In this document: in pieces, positions 1 to 12,177 of the stretch
How the letters are laid out: every line of letters begins with the position of its first letter
Numbering within the stretch: the first letter of the stretch is position 1
Origin: Rhizodiscina lignyota
Lineage: Eukaryota
Length of the DNA: 64,000 nucleotides
NCBI GenBank assembly: GCA_010015805.1
Contig: ML978124.1
Coordinates: 496,001-560,000, forward strand
Direction: 5' to 3'
Notes under the pieces: generated by a model
What the model was told of the DNA's origin: nothing
What the model saw: the letters and a program-made list of their open reading frames with translations, nothing else
Database searches by the model: none
Translations under genes and position numbers: made by a program

Positions 1-2
1 CC

Positions 3-908
3 ATGGCTGAGGATGACGAGTTCAAAAAGATGGGCAAACGGCAAGATTCTGTAAACTTGTCAACCGGTGCCTCTTCAGCGACTTCGAGCAGCGACAGCGC
101 ATCCAGTTCTTCGGCAACCGACTCTCCAACCTCTTCCTCGGACCCGCCATCCTCATCTTCGCCAACTCCGAGCTCGTCAGACTCGTCAGACTCGTCAACC
201 CCCACATCGAACTCTCCATCGCCTACACCAACCGCCTCGAGCACTCCTCCGGCGGACAGTGCAAGCTCTACGCCTCCACCAGCATCTTCGTCGAGTGCAA
301 ACACTCCAAGCAGCGCATCTTCCACCCCCGGTTCCTCTTCTGATGATAGTTCGTCATCGCAAACTCCATCGGCATCAGACTCGAAATCTTCAACGCCAGG
401 CTCAGCAAGTGCCTCGCCGACGCAGTCTTCTTCCTCCACGAGCCGCGTCACCAAGGCTACGACTATAACCAAGGCCCTAATCGGCAGTTCAACCTCAGTT
501 GGCGTTTCGACTGTTCCCACCACTGTCAACGGGCAAGCAACCTCTGTCGCCGTGACACACAGCCGTGTTGTCTCGTCAACTACCGGTTTCGCAACTTCCA
601 CACTCACGCCTAGTCTCAACGATGCTTCCAGCGGCAACTCTAGCTCAGGCCTGTCCGACAACTCGAAGAAGATCATTGGTGGCGTCGTTGGTGGTGTCGG
701 GGGCTTGATCCTGCTTGGCGGTATCGCAATCGTCGTCTGGAGAATCTACGGCAAGAAGAAGCACCACGATGACGACGACGATGATGAGCTCACCTCTGAT
801 GGTTCAATCAGAAGGGAGAAGAGGCGGGCAAGCAGCATGCCGTTCCAATCAAACTTGGAGCAGTATCACGCCCCATCCGGAAGAGTGAACGCTGCCTCTA
901 ACTTCTAA
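3..908 (+). CDS. Mid2/Mtl1-like Ser/Thr-rich cell-wall stress sensor, probably 5'-partial (signal peptide likely outside the window)
   Basis: Long Ser/Thr/Pro-rich ectodomain, a single TM helix (IIGGVVGGVGGLILLGGIAIVVW) followed by basic RIYGKKK, and a short tail ending LEQYH...VNAASNF. Confidence 0.8.
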   Translation: MAEDDEFKKMGKRQDSVNLSTGASSATSSSDSASSSSATDSPTSSSDPPSSSSPTPSSSDSSDSSTPTSNSPSPTPTASSTPPADSASSTPPPASSSSANTPSSASSTPGSSSDDSSSSQTPSASDSKSSTPGSASASPTQSSSSTSRVTKATTITKALIGSSTSVGVSTVPTTVNGQATSVAVTHSRVVSSTTGFATSTLTPSLNDASSGNSSSGLSDNSKKIIGGVVGGVGGLILLGGIAIVVWRIYGKKKHHDDDDDDELTSDGSIRREKRRASSMPFQSNLEQYHAPSGRVNAASNF

Positions 909-1729
909 CCTGACGTCTCTTTTCTATTGTGTTTGTATTTTTGGGCATGGTACATACTCTCCCTTCCCTCTTCAGCAGGCATAAAGAGGAAAGAAAATCG
1001 GTCATATATTTGCATTGTCAGCGAGGTGCATGGCGTTTTTTTCGGACGGAATTGATCAGAATAAAGATCAGGTCGATCCTTTTGGGATAGCGAATGCTCG
1101 GGATTCTTTGCACAAAATACATCTAGTCAATAGATTCATCATGGGCGCTGTACAGCTTGGAGGCCGTAATGCACGAGGCTCTCCTTCCCTTCCTTTCATG
1201 CTTGTAACAAAACATTCTGATAGTCAATAGTAGATCGTAGTATAGCCAATGCAGAATGCTTCTGCAATTCTTTCTTCCATCTATGTTCGCAATTATCGCG
1301 AAGCCATGTCGATCTAGCTCAGAGTGTATCTCGCCCTGCTGCCAATAAACCCATCCACTCCCGCAACTCTGAAACCACACCCCAGTTCAGCCACTCCCGC
1401 AACTGGACCGGTTGCATCTGCGTTTCAATGTAGACTTCCGACGTTCAGGAACCATGCTGGATCAAACATGAAAATATCTAGCTGCCCGCTTGCGTGGTCT
1501 GCGTAACATCTACATTTTCATGTTTTAAGTATCACATAGAGTGGGATCAGCACCAGGGGATTTCAACACCACTTTATTTTCATTCTTTTCACCTCTTATT
1601 AGACTGATCAGAATCTTGCAGTTTCGAAACTTTACTTTGCACCAATTCACTACCATCACCAATTGACGTCGTCTGGAGGTTCGACTTCCACTTCCAATCC
1701 CACATCATCATCGCAACCAACCTTTCACC

Positions 1730-2298
1730 ATGCAGCTCTCCACTCTCCTCATAGTCTTCTTCAGCTCCGCGATTCGCGCCAGCTCCGAGCTTGGCTACAC
1801 TCACATCGACTCTCTCCTCAACAGATTCGCCCCCCGACAAGGTCCGGCGAACCTACAATCATTCGCCGGTCAGCTTGGCGGGCTGGCACCAGCGATCGTA
1901 CAGTCACAGGACCCGAAGAGACCTTTCCAGGTGGCCAACTCCACATTTCCCGACTTCCCTACCGCAGGCCAGAAGACGTGTGATACGCAGTACAACAGTT
2001 GCGGTAATGTGGGTAGTCCCTCTTGCTCTTGCCTCGCCGTCTGCTCCGGCGTCCAAATACATTTTGTGGCTATATATTCGCTGCTCGAATCCAGCTAACC
2101 TGTTGGGTATAGGCAGCGAACGGCGCGCAGAAAGACCAGATAACACACAACATGTGTGACTCGCAGCACGATGCGTGCATGGCGGCGCAAAGTAGCGCGC
2201 CGTTAAAAACGTTCCAACAACTACAGCAAGCCCCGCAGCAAACTTCCATCCCGGATCCAAATGATCCGGATTTCGACCTGATATGTGATCTGAATTGA
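1730..2298 (+). CDS. Small secreted Cys-containing protein, 2 exons (1730-2008, 2113-2298)
   Basis: Signal peptide MQLSTLLIVFFSSAIRA. The intron GTGGGT(2009)...GCTAAC...TAG(2112) keeps the frame. Paired CDxQxxxC motifs (CDTQYNSC, CDSQHDAC); ends LICDLN*. Confidence 0.75.
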
Positions 2299-2665
2299 CG
2301 GGACCGTCCCTGCGATTCTAGAGTTGAAAGGCGCATAATGGCAAGTCGTCTTCAGAGATGCTTTGAGAGCAGAGTGAAAGGAATGAAGGCTTGTCTTGAA
2401 GTACGGGAGACGCTTGCCATATTGTCAGAATATATTGATATGATATTGCGAGGAGATATGAGAACAGCCCGCTTCCAGAGATCGAGAAGGAAATTCATGA
2501 AAAGTGTTTGTACATATCGGCCGTGTGGCCGTGATGTTGCATGAAGAACAGACAGGGAAAAGTCTTTGATGCAAGAAATTCGAAACGCCCAAAATGATAT
2601 CCATGAGCATGCCTCATCCAGATCGTACGTGAAAAGGAATAGCAGAATACATTAATTACGGCGGA

Positions 2666-3915
2666 TCATCTCCCTCTTCTCTGCAGCTGTCCTAAAGTCC
2701 TACAGCTCTTCAACTCCATCTCTCGCGCTTCCCGCATCTTCTCCTCGTCCGTCCAGAAGAAACCCTGCGCGTCTTGCATCATCCGATTCTGCATCATCTG
2801 CTCGCTCTCGCACTCCCGACTCAGCATGCCCATATACCGCACCTCTGCAGACCTATCCAGCTCTCGCCAGTTTCGCGCGCTATACTCGTTTACTGCGGTC
2901 GGATCGACGAAATATTTGACCTTCAGATCGCGGCTCGTCCTTGCAAAAGTGTGGGGTGGCTTGGGAGTATCGAAGCGCATGGTGGGGCCGGAGGGAGTAG
3001 AGGAGCCGGGGAAGAGTGCAGAGAGGAGAGGTAAGACAAAGAGCAGGAGGAGAGGGAGCAAGGCTTGGAGGGTCGAGAAGATAGAAGCAGGTTGTTGAGG
3101 CTGATTGCCCCCAGGAGGTCGGCGTCGAGGACCAGCACCCCCAAACTGGTGCACGCGAATGCCAGGCCCGCCGCCGAGATTGAATACAAAGCCAGGGCCT
3201 GTATCGAAGAGGCCGCCGCCGCCTGAGACATATGTTAGTTAAGAGTGGATGAAAGTGTAGAGGTATGTAGAAGCGTGCACGTACCGAACGGTCCTCCCCC
3301 GAATCCACCACCGCCCATTCCACCGCCGAAGAACTGACGGAATAGCTCCTCTGGTGATATCTCTTCTTCGAACATTGGCCCGCCCGGCCTGCCACCAGGC
3401 GATCTGGGAAACCCGCCGCCGCTGAATGGCGAAGATGTCGATGCGGACGCACCGCCGAATCTACTGTCTGGGTCGCCACCGAAGCGGTCGAATTGCGCCT
3501 TCTTGTCTGCGTCGGAGAGGATTTGGAAGGCTCGTGAGACCACTGTCGTCTTTTAGTTCCTCGTGGACAAAAGTAGAAATTCAATCTTTTTAATATCTTG
3601 TAATTTTCAAGCCGTGTAATGTAATGAGCACTCACTTTTAAACGCTTCATCCGCACCATCATAGCCATTTTTGTCCGGATGCGTGAGCAAGCTCAGCTTC
3701 CTATACGCCTTTTTGATGTCCCCGTCTGAGCATGTCGTCTTCACCTCCTCCAGACCCAGGATGTCGTAGAAAGCGTTCGCCGAGCACCTCCGCACTCTTA
3801 CCACAGCCGCCTTCTGCTCTACTGTGTACGCTCGTCCCGTGCTGCCATCATGGTGCTGGCGGTGTTTTGCGTCTCCGTTTGGTGTCGCTTTCGCGCCGCT
3901 CGCAGATGCGGACAT
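2666..3915 (-). CDS. HLJ1: ER-membrane DnaJ chaperone (Hlj1/DNAJB12-like), 3 exons
   Basis: J-domain FYDILG...IKKAYRKLSLLTHPDKN, VSRAFQILSD, G/F-rich region, EISPEELFRQFFGG, TM helix and C-terminal luminal domain. Confidence 0.9.
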
Positions 3916-4871
3916 GGTGGGCAAATGCCCGAAAGGTTGGGAGTTGGTGGAGACGCACTCTCAGTCGGCTGAGGTCGAATCCGCTGTCATGAAATGTTTC
4001 GGGTGGGTGCCGGATAAAGGACCGCTGCGCAAGATGTCGGTGTTTGTGTTGTTGTTTAGGTTGTAGTGGATTACGCTGCCACACTTATCGAAGAAGCCAC
4101 ATTCGGGCATGGATCTGGCCACTTGCCGCGTCCGCTCGGTAAAACTTCGGTGATATGTTCGAAATAGCTATCTCGACTTTTCGCTTTCAACTTTTCATTT
4201 GTCCATCTTCCTCATCTTCCTTCTTGAGGTGATCATGGATTGTTCGAGAAAGATCATGGCTCTTTCACAAGAGGGTGTAATATCCCCTCTTTCCCTAAGC
4301 GGGCAGGAGCCGGAGAGGCCCTTACAAGAGTACTTCAGAGACTGAGTTGTACGTTTTGACAATGTCGAGCAGCTTTCTCCTGCAATTGAACCCTCCCGCA
4401 ATTAGCCGTTTACACTGTAGAGAAGCCACCTCAATTCCGCCTCTAGCATGGAACGACTCCGACAAGATTTCAATCGTCCGTGTACTTAGATCAGTCTCGA
4501 CATTACGATCACTACGTTTTCGAGTACACCCATCCTTTCTTGGATTGAATTGGCTGTATCTGCTGCACAAGGCAAATGTAGCGCCTGCGCTACACAGTTG
4601 CTCTTCGGTGTATGCCAATAATCAACTTTTAGCGTGAATCCAAAGGGTCTATAGGGTGACCATCAGCGCATTCTCTCTAGCTGTTCGCGGGCAGCTTTAC
4701 CCGAGCTCGAAAACTACCGCGGTTGCGAGCGGGCACCGCATAGCTATAATCAATACATGTCTCCGGCGGTCAAAGAGATCACCCATTCAAAGTTGAGAGT
4801 TCAGATATAGCTGTCTGCGTTTCTCCAATTATTCAGTACTTGAACTTGTGCTCTTCGCTATAGCAGTCACT

Positions 4872-6353
4872 ATGGAGACGATCAGGATACCTTCTCTGAT
4901 CGCCGACAAAATAAGTCCACGGGCACGTGAGACTCTTGCAGTAGTCAAGAAATTTGTTGAAGAAGACTGTAAGTTTGCTATGACTTAAAGAATGGAAAAA
5001 AAACTCACCATCTGAAAGGCGTTCCTGCCGATGAAGTCTTCGAGGCACAGCTATCATGGGACCCTGACAAAAGATTTAAAAACATTCCTCTAATTCTCGA
5101 AGATCTTAAAGCAAAGGCACGCAAGCTTGGCCTCTGGAATCTGTGGCTGAGCAAGCACTATGAGGGCGGCGCCGGCTTCACGAATCTTGAGTATGGGCTC
5201 ATGTGCGAGGTCCTGGGCAGGAGCTTGCTGTCGAGGGAGGCGATGAACTGTAGTGCCCCAGATACGGGTAACATGGAGGTAGATTTACTCTCGCCCTTGT
5301 TCACCATAACCTACACTTACAATCACAGGTGCTCGCCATGTACGGTACCGAGGAACAGAAGAAGCAATGGCTGCAGCCACTATTGGATGGCAAAATCAGG
5401 TCTGCGTACGTCATGACTGAGCGTTTCATCGCTTCTTCAGACGCAAAGAACATCGAACTCGACATGCGCAAGGAGGGTAACGAATACGTACTAAACGGCG
5501 TCAAGTGGTGGATCAGCAGCGCGGGAGACCCACGGACGAAGCTCATGATCGTCTTCTGTCGTTCAGATGCTCAAAATCCTAACCCATTGAAGCGACATAG
5601 CATTGTTCTCGTCCCAAGAGATTCCCCAGGTATAACCGTCAAGCGAGCTTTGACAGTCTTTGGCTACGATGATGCGCCACAGGGACACTGTGAGGTAATT
5701 TTCAAGAACGTCCGCGTTCCTACGTCGAACATCGTTCTCGGAGAAGGCCGCGGCTTTGAGGTAATGCAGGGCCGGATGGGTCCAGGTCGACTTCATCACT
5801 GCATGCGGGCCATCGGTTGTGCTGAGCGTGGCCTCGAATATATGATTGCTCGTACACACCAAAGGAGCGCGCAAGGGAAGAAGCTCGCGGAGCAGGGAGT
5901 TATCCAAGACTGGGTCGCTAAGTCGCGGATCGAAATCGACGCTGGACGCTTGCTTGTCTGCAACGCAGCAGATATGATTGACCGGGGCAATACGAAGAGT
6001 GCCATGGTCGAGCTGGCCATCTGCAAAATCTACGTCCCGCAAATGGCCTGCAACGTCCTTGACAGAGCCATGCAAGCTCACGGCGGCGGTGGACTCTGCC
6101 AGGACTTCCCATTGGCAAAGACCTGGGCATATCTCCGGACGACGAGATTAGCAGATGGACCAGATGAAGCCCATGCGGCACAGCTTGCTCGTATTGAGAA
6201 TAAGAGGCATAAGGAACTGTAAGTTTGATCCACCTGATACGTAGCCGACTGCTAATATTGTTCGGTTTCAGGATCGACATGATACAGACTCAGGAAAAGA
6301 AAGTTGAGGACTTGATGAAGGAATACAAAGTACAGATCCGGGCACAGTTGTAA
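4872..6353 (+). CDS. Acyl-CoA dehydrogenase (ACAD10/11-like), 4 exons, PTS1-like C-terminus (AQL)
   Basis: Motifs LGLWNL, NCSAPDTGNMEVL, IASSDA, GPGRLHHCMR, RLADGPDEAH. Introns start near 4969, 5279 and 6218. Confidence 0.9.
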
Positions 6354-6685
6354 TGATACCTTGCAGCACATTTAATTTGATTATGCTCAGCCTGGAGCCT
6401 ATGCTGTTACGTCGGTTACAATTGTTCGGGGCGTTCAAGGGTAACAAATATTTGCCGCAGCTTTCAAGCACTGAGTAGCTGTTGTGTATAACCTCTCTTA
6501 GCAATAAAGCGGACGTAATCTCCAATAGTGCGCTATTGTGAAATATACTCCAAAGAACGTAGAACTAGGCTTTGAGAGATAGTCTCGCTTACCTTCAAGT
6601 GCGAACAATGAGAGCTGCTTGCCTCCAGGCGTTACAGCTCGCCCGGCGGCCAGCTACGTATTTTGTCACCCTCGAGGGCCCATCT

Positions 6686-6880
6686 TGAGTCAAGTGAGAG
6701 AGTTGCACGCGTTACGTTCACTCATGTTCGAAATAAACATTGAGTCATGTTGAACATGGATGAAAAATCGTCGATGCGGTGACGTCGCCTGTGCTTGTCG
6801 CGTTGCTTAGCAATTCAATTAAGGAAGGCGCGCGTTGCACGTGATGTTTTTACGCGCACTTACCAAGTCGCGTTTCGCGT
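6686..6880 (+). promoter_or_regulatory. RNR1 promoter: MCB-like (ACGCGT/CGCG) cluster, X-box-like site and two TGAGTCA sites
   Basis: ACGCGT 6707-6712; several CGCG cores 6799-6880; GTTGCTTAGCAAT 6802-6814; TGAGTCA at 6686 and 6741. Confidence 0.6.
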
Positions 6881-7100
6881 CTTTCAAAAGCAGCCCGGCC
6901 CCTCCACCTTTCCTCTCTTCCACAACAACCACCACATCATCAACTCTGGTATGCAACCTTCAATTGAGCTCATAGAATCCTCGAGCTAACATCGTTCTAG
7001 TCTCGGCGCACTCGGGCTCTGTAGCTGTGATCGTATTTCATCATAGCTTCAATATCATCGACGCCAACATACTTACCCACGAGACCAAACCAGAGCCACG

Positions 7101-10025
7101 ATGTTCGTCTATAAGCGAGGTATGTATTCCTTTGTTACCATCATCCTATCATCTCCCACTGTTGGAGAGCCATAGATGACGCGTTTTGGACAATCGCAAC
7201 GCGTCTCCTGTGTTCTCGCTGTCTCGCCACCACTGTATACTGACAAACACGTTGACAGATGGACGCAAAGAACGCGTTCAATTCGACAAGATAACGGCTC
7301 GTGTATCACGGTTGTGCTATGGACTGGATCCGGAGCACGTCGATGCCGCCGCCATCACGCAGAAAGTCATCTCCGGTGTCTACCAAGGCGTCACCACCGT
7401 GGAGCTGGATAACCTTGTGAGTTCGTCTCATCTCTTTAAGCAATAAAGTCAGACTGACATAGAGTTTTACCTCAGGCCGCCGAAACTGCCGCCTACATGA
7501 CCGTTACACATCCTGACTATGCCATCCTCGCTGCTCGTATCGCCGTCTCAAACCTTCACAAACAGACGAAGAAGCAGTTCTCCGCTGTGGTTACGGATCT
7601 GTACAACTATATCAACCCCAAGAACAGGAAACCGGCTCCGATGATCTCCAGAGAGACATATGACACTGTCATGAAGCATGCTGAGGAGTTGAATTCGGCC
7701 ATCGTGTATGACCGCGACTTCAACTACCAGTACTTTGGTTTCAAGACGCTGGAGCGTTCATACCTTCTTCGTCTTGACGGAAAGGTTGCTGAGCGCCCGC
7801 AGCACATGATCATGCGTGTCGCTGTTGGCATCCACGGCGAGGATATCGAGGCAGCGATTGAGACGTACAACTACATGTCGAACAAATACTTCACTCACGC
7901 GTCCCCGACCCTATTCAACGCCGGCACACCTCGTCCACAACTCTCGTCTTGTTTCCTCGTGGACATGAAGGAGGACTCCATCGAGGGCATTTATGACACG
8001 CTGAAGACTTGTGCCATGATCTCCAAGAACGCTGGTGGTATTGGTCTCAATGCGCATTGCATTCGTGCAACAGGCTCATACATCGGTGGCACCAATGGCA
8101 CGTCGAATGGTCTCATTCCGATGTTGCGTGTCTACAACAATACCGCTCGCTATGTTGACCAAGGTGGCAACAAGCGTCCTGGTGCCTTCGCTGTCTACTT
8201 GGAGCCTTGGCACGCAGACGTCTTCGGGTGGCTCGATTTGAGAAAGAATCATGGCAAAGAAGAAATCCGTGCGCGTGACCTCTTCTATGCGCTATGGATC
8301 CCCGACCTGTTCATGAAGCGTGTCGAGCAAAATGGCACTTGGACTCTCATGTGCCCGAATGAGTGTCCGGGTCTTGCGGATGTGTATGGTGATGAGTTTG
8401 AAAAGCTCTACGAACAATATGAACAAGAAGGTCGTGGTCGCGAGACTATTCGTGCTCAGAAGCTCTGGTACGCCATACTAGAAGCTCAGACTGAGACGGG
8501 CAATCCTTTCATGCTCTACAAGGACCACTGCAACCGCAAGAGTAACCAGAAGAACTTGGGCACCATTCGCAGCTCGAACTTGTGCACTGAAATCATCGAG
8601 TACAGCGCACCCGATGAGGTCGCCGTCTGCAACCTTGCCTCTATGGCTCTCCCCACATACGTCGACTACAACAGTGGCTCATATGACTTCAAGAAGTTGC
8701 ATGAAGTTACTCAAGTTGTCGTGCGCAATTTGAACAAGATCATTGACGTCAACCACTACCCTGTTATCGAGGCAAAGAACAGCAACAGCAGGCATAGACC
8801 GATTGGCGTTGGTGTGCAAGGTCTCGCGGACGCCTTCCTCGCTCTCCGCATGCCTTTTGATTCTCCAGAGGCGAAGCTGCTCAATATTCAGATCTTTGAG
8901 ACGATCTATCACGCCGCATTGACGGCTTCCTGCGATATTGCCAAGAAAGAAGGCACCTATTCGACATACGAAGGCTCGCCTGTCTCTCAAGGCATTCTGC
9001 AATACGACATGTGGAATGTAACTCCTACCGATCTCTGGGATTGGAGCGCTCTCAAGGCCGACATCGCTGAGCACGGCGTCCGAAACAGTCTGCTAGTTGC
9101 ACCTATGCCAACGGCTAGCACCAGCCAGATTCTTGGCAACAACGAGTGCTTTGAGCCTTATACGTCCAACATCTATTCTCGTCGCGTGCTTGCTGGCGAG
9201 TTCCAGGTTGTCAATCCGTGGTTGCTGAAGGACCTTGTTGACATGGGCTTGTGGTCCGACAACATGAAGAACCGCATCATCGCCGATGGTGGTTCTATCC
9301 AGCGTATTCCTAACATTCCTGATGATCTCAAGGCGCTCTACAAGACTGTATGGGAGATCTCTCAGCGCACTATTGTCCAGATGGCAGCGGACCGTGGCGC
9401 TTTCATCGATCAGTCTCAGTCTCTCAACATCCACATGAAGGAACCTACCATGGGCAAGATCACTAGCATGCACTTCGCAGGATGGAAGCTTGGTCTCAAG
9501 ACTGGCATGTACTATCTGCGTACGATGGCTGCGTCTGCACCAATTCAGTTTACTGTTGACCAGGAGCAACTGAAGGTGGCCGACACGAACATTGCTCGCA
9601 CACTGGGAATGAAGAAGCGCAACTTGACATCTGGAAACCATCACAGCACTCCAACAGCTGTACCTCGGCCGATGTATATGCAGAAGACGCCGGAGACCCC
9701 AACGTCTAACGGCCTTCCAACACCATCAGTAACACCACCTGCAGACTCTGAGAACAAGCGTCTTTCGACTACTCCAAAGAAGGATGCCAGGAGCGCCCCC
9801 GAGTTCAAGGCTGATGTCGACGAGGGTGAAAGCCCCGACATGCTTGCGACCGAGCCACATCCTAGCACCAGAGCGGAGAAGTTGTCGCTTGACGACGTCC
9901 CAACGCCCAAGCAGGAAGAGGATAATGATGAAGAGACGCAGGATCGCGAAGGGGATATCTATGCTGATGCGGTACTCGCCTGCAGCATAGAGAATCCGGA
10001 ATCCTGCATTATGTGCAGCGGTTAA
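7101..10025 (+). CDS. RNR1: Ribonucleoside-diphosphate reductase large subunit, 3 coding exons
   Basis: [22 protein letters not shown] cone, SNLCTEI active site, [23 protein letters not shown] and C-terminal CIMCSG. Confidence 0.98.
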
Positions 10026-10239
10026 TGCGAAAGGGAAACGTATACAGCATTTCATGGCTTGCATTTGCATTCAGGCGTTTACTGTGAATTGGTTCCCTTT
10101 GTAATCGGTTATTGGAAAGATATCAATTGTGTCAGGTTATCATATTCGGGCTAGTCTCTGTCAATAATAGCATGCAAGGTCTGCAGCTTCTCAAAATATC
10201 AATTTAGCTCTCACGTGAACACGCGTTTATCCATCTACT

Positions 10240-10550
10240 TACGTGAAATGCGGGCTTTGATTGACATAAGCTAAAAATAGTTAGATAAACTTATATTAGT
10301 TTGATATAAGCTTATAGATATACTCAAATGCATTGCAATGGACCCTGTGAATAGAATGTATAAAGACGAAGGCGATTCTCGTGAGCGACGAGGCCTGTAA
10401 AAGCGTCTCTTTGTCGCGATAGAGTAACGAGAAGCGAATCCTCTAAGGTAGGCCTGGTAAGCTACTTCTTAAGAACCTCGAATATAAACTTAATATATAG
10501 AAACTTCTTAGAAGTCCTAAAAACGACTAAAATAGAGATACTCTAGAAAC
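10240..10550. repeat. AT-rich, TpA-enriched island; probable RIP-mutated repeat remnant
   Basis: Abrupt drop in GC with many TA/TAG/CTA and few CA/TG dinucleotides relative to the flanks (judged by eye). Confidence 0.5.
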
Positions 10551-10872
10551 TGTTCGCTCGTGTGAAAATGGCTCCTTCGTATGTCAGGTAAATGGTCTGG
10601 CAGCAGCTCGCGTTTGCGCAGGGCGCGCCACAAGGATTGTTCATCAACAACACTTCACTCAATAACACTCCAACCACCAACATTCACTGATGCTCCAAAC
10701 ACGACAATCCTGCTTCAGGCAGCAACCTTCCCCTTTCGCTCTCGCTTTCATGTTCGGTGCCTAGCCTAGTAACCTTTGTACACTGGTTTCATGGCTGCCA
10801 GAACTATGTAAATCGCAGAAAAACAAACCAACCCTCCCTCCCGCACCCCAATTTCCTTCTCCACCACGAACA

Positions 10873-11769
10873 ATGGTGCGCGACAAGCGTTCCGCTGAAG
10901 CGGATGCCGAAGATCTTGATGACGAGCCTACGACAACTACTCGAAAACAGAAAACCGGCGCAAAACAGTGGGTTGACGGAGACAGCACGCCGCAATTCGC
11001 GTTTCCAAACGCACCTCAGCAGTCCAATCCCCTCCGCGGCCCCACTCCACCAACTATCGCTTCTGTTTCGCATAACCACCCTCTCACGGCGCCCCATATG
11101 GACAAGTTGTCTGAGAAGTATCACACCGACACGATCACCATCACTCGAAACTGCACCATCAGATCTAGAGTTGCACAGCTGCTGCAATTGCTCAAGCCAG
11201 TCGTTCCGCAGTTGACCGCTGAGCTCAAACAGACTGTGATCGCGCTGTCTGCAAGAGAAGATGCTGCGAACAAGCTCATTTCCGTGGTCGAGATTGTGAA
11301 GCGGGAGCTCGACGTGGCTCAACAGGCCTGGTTCCAGTACACAGGAGCTTGGGGCAGGATGGAGCAGCTCAAGAAGAAGGGAAGAGACGGAGATGCTGGC
11401 CGCGAGCAAGAGCGTCGGGGCGACATGCTGGCGAAATGGGGCCCGGGCAGGAGGCTGAAGGATGGAAAACACGTCACAAAGGAAGCGGGCGGTGAAGAGG
11501 AAGCTATGGAGGACGCAGATGCCGTGCCTGATGTCGGATCTGATGATGACGAGGATGGAGACGACGCTTTCGAGACGATGGTGCAACCAGAGAGGGACAA
11601 GGTTCGACAGATACCTGTCATCACGATCTACATGTCCAGGGGTCCAGTTCCGGAGCTCAGACAGCTTTTCGGGTGAGTACTTCCTCAAAGCAGCAATCTG
11701 AACAATCAGTCCTATGCTAATACAGAGATGCTTCCGAAAAGAGAGCAGTCATCTGCCAGTATGACGTGA
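10873..11769 (+). CDS. Alba-like DNA/RNA-binding protein
   Basis: Alba-fold motifs VIALSAREDAANKLISVVEIVKRE and PVITIYMSRGPVPEL. Intron from 11673, with a short last exon giving LFG|EQSSASMT* (acceptor choice uncertain). Confidence 0.7.
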
Positions 11770-12177
11770 ATCGACCTCACGTTCACGGCGTCAGCTCTTC
11801 CATGGACGTTGATAGCTCCCTGTTTACAGGTACCCCAGCAGTCTTTCCGCGGGCGCAAGATGGAAGCGAAGGCCAGACAGATGATGTATCTGAAGAGCAG
11901 CGGGAGATTGACGTTACCAAGCTTATGGACAGGCTTGTCCTACTTCGCGATAGGTAACGGCGGGCACAACAGTGTTCCATTGCGACAGTCTAGTATTTGA
12001 GGGGGAAAATGGGTGAGATCGACTGCATGGCCCTCACATGATGCTGCGGACTTGCTCTGCTGATGAAATGAGCATTCAATTTCGTTACTGTCGCTAGACG
12101 TAAAAACTACTTTTCAGACTCTAAGCTCTAATGCCTCATGAACAAATTTGTCTCGCTCTCTCCCCACTCATAACCCA

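Noticed and set aside
2880..3668. 262-aa minus-strand ORF
   Set aside because: Alternative frame overlapping the HLJ1 exons and introns
4195..4640. Short ORFs between HLJ1 and the acyl-CoA dehydrogenase
   Set aside because: No motifs or convincing splice structure; probably divergent promoter DNA
10804..11688. 294-aa minus-strand ORF
   Set aside because: Antisense shadow of the Alba-like gene; no recognisable motifs
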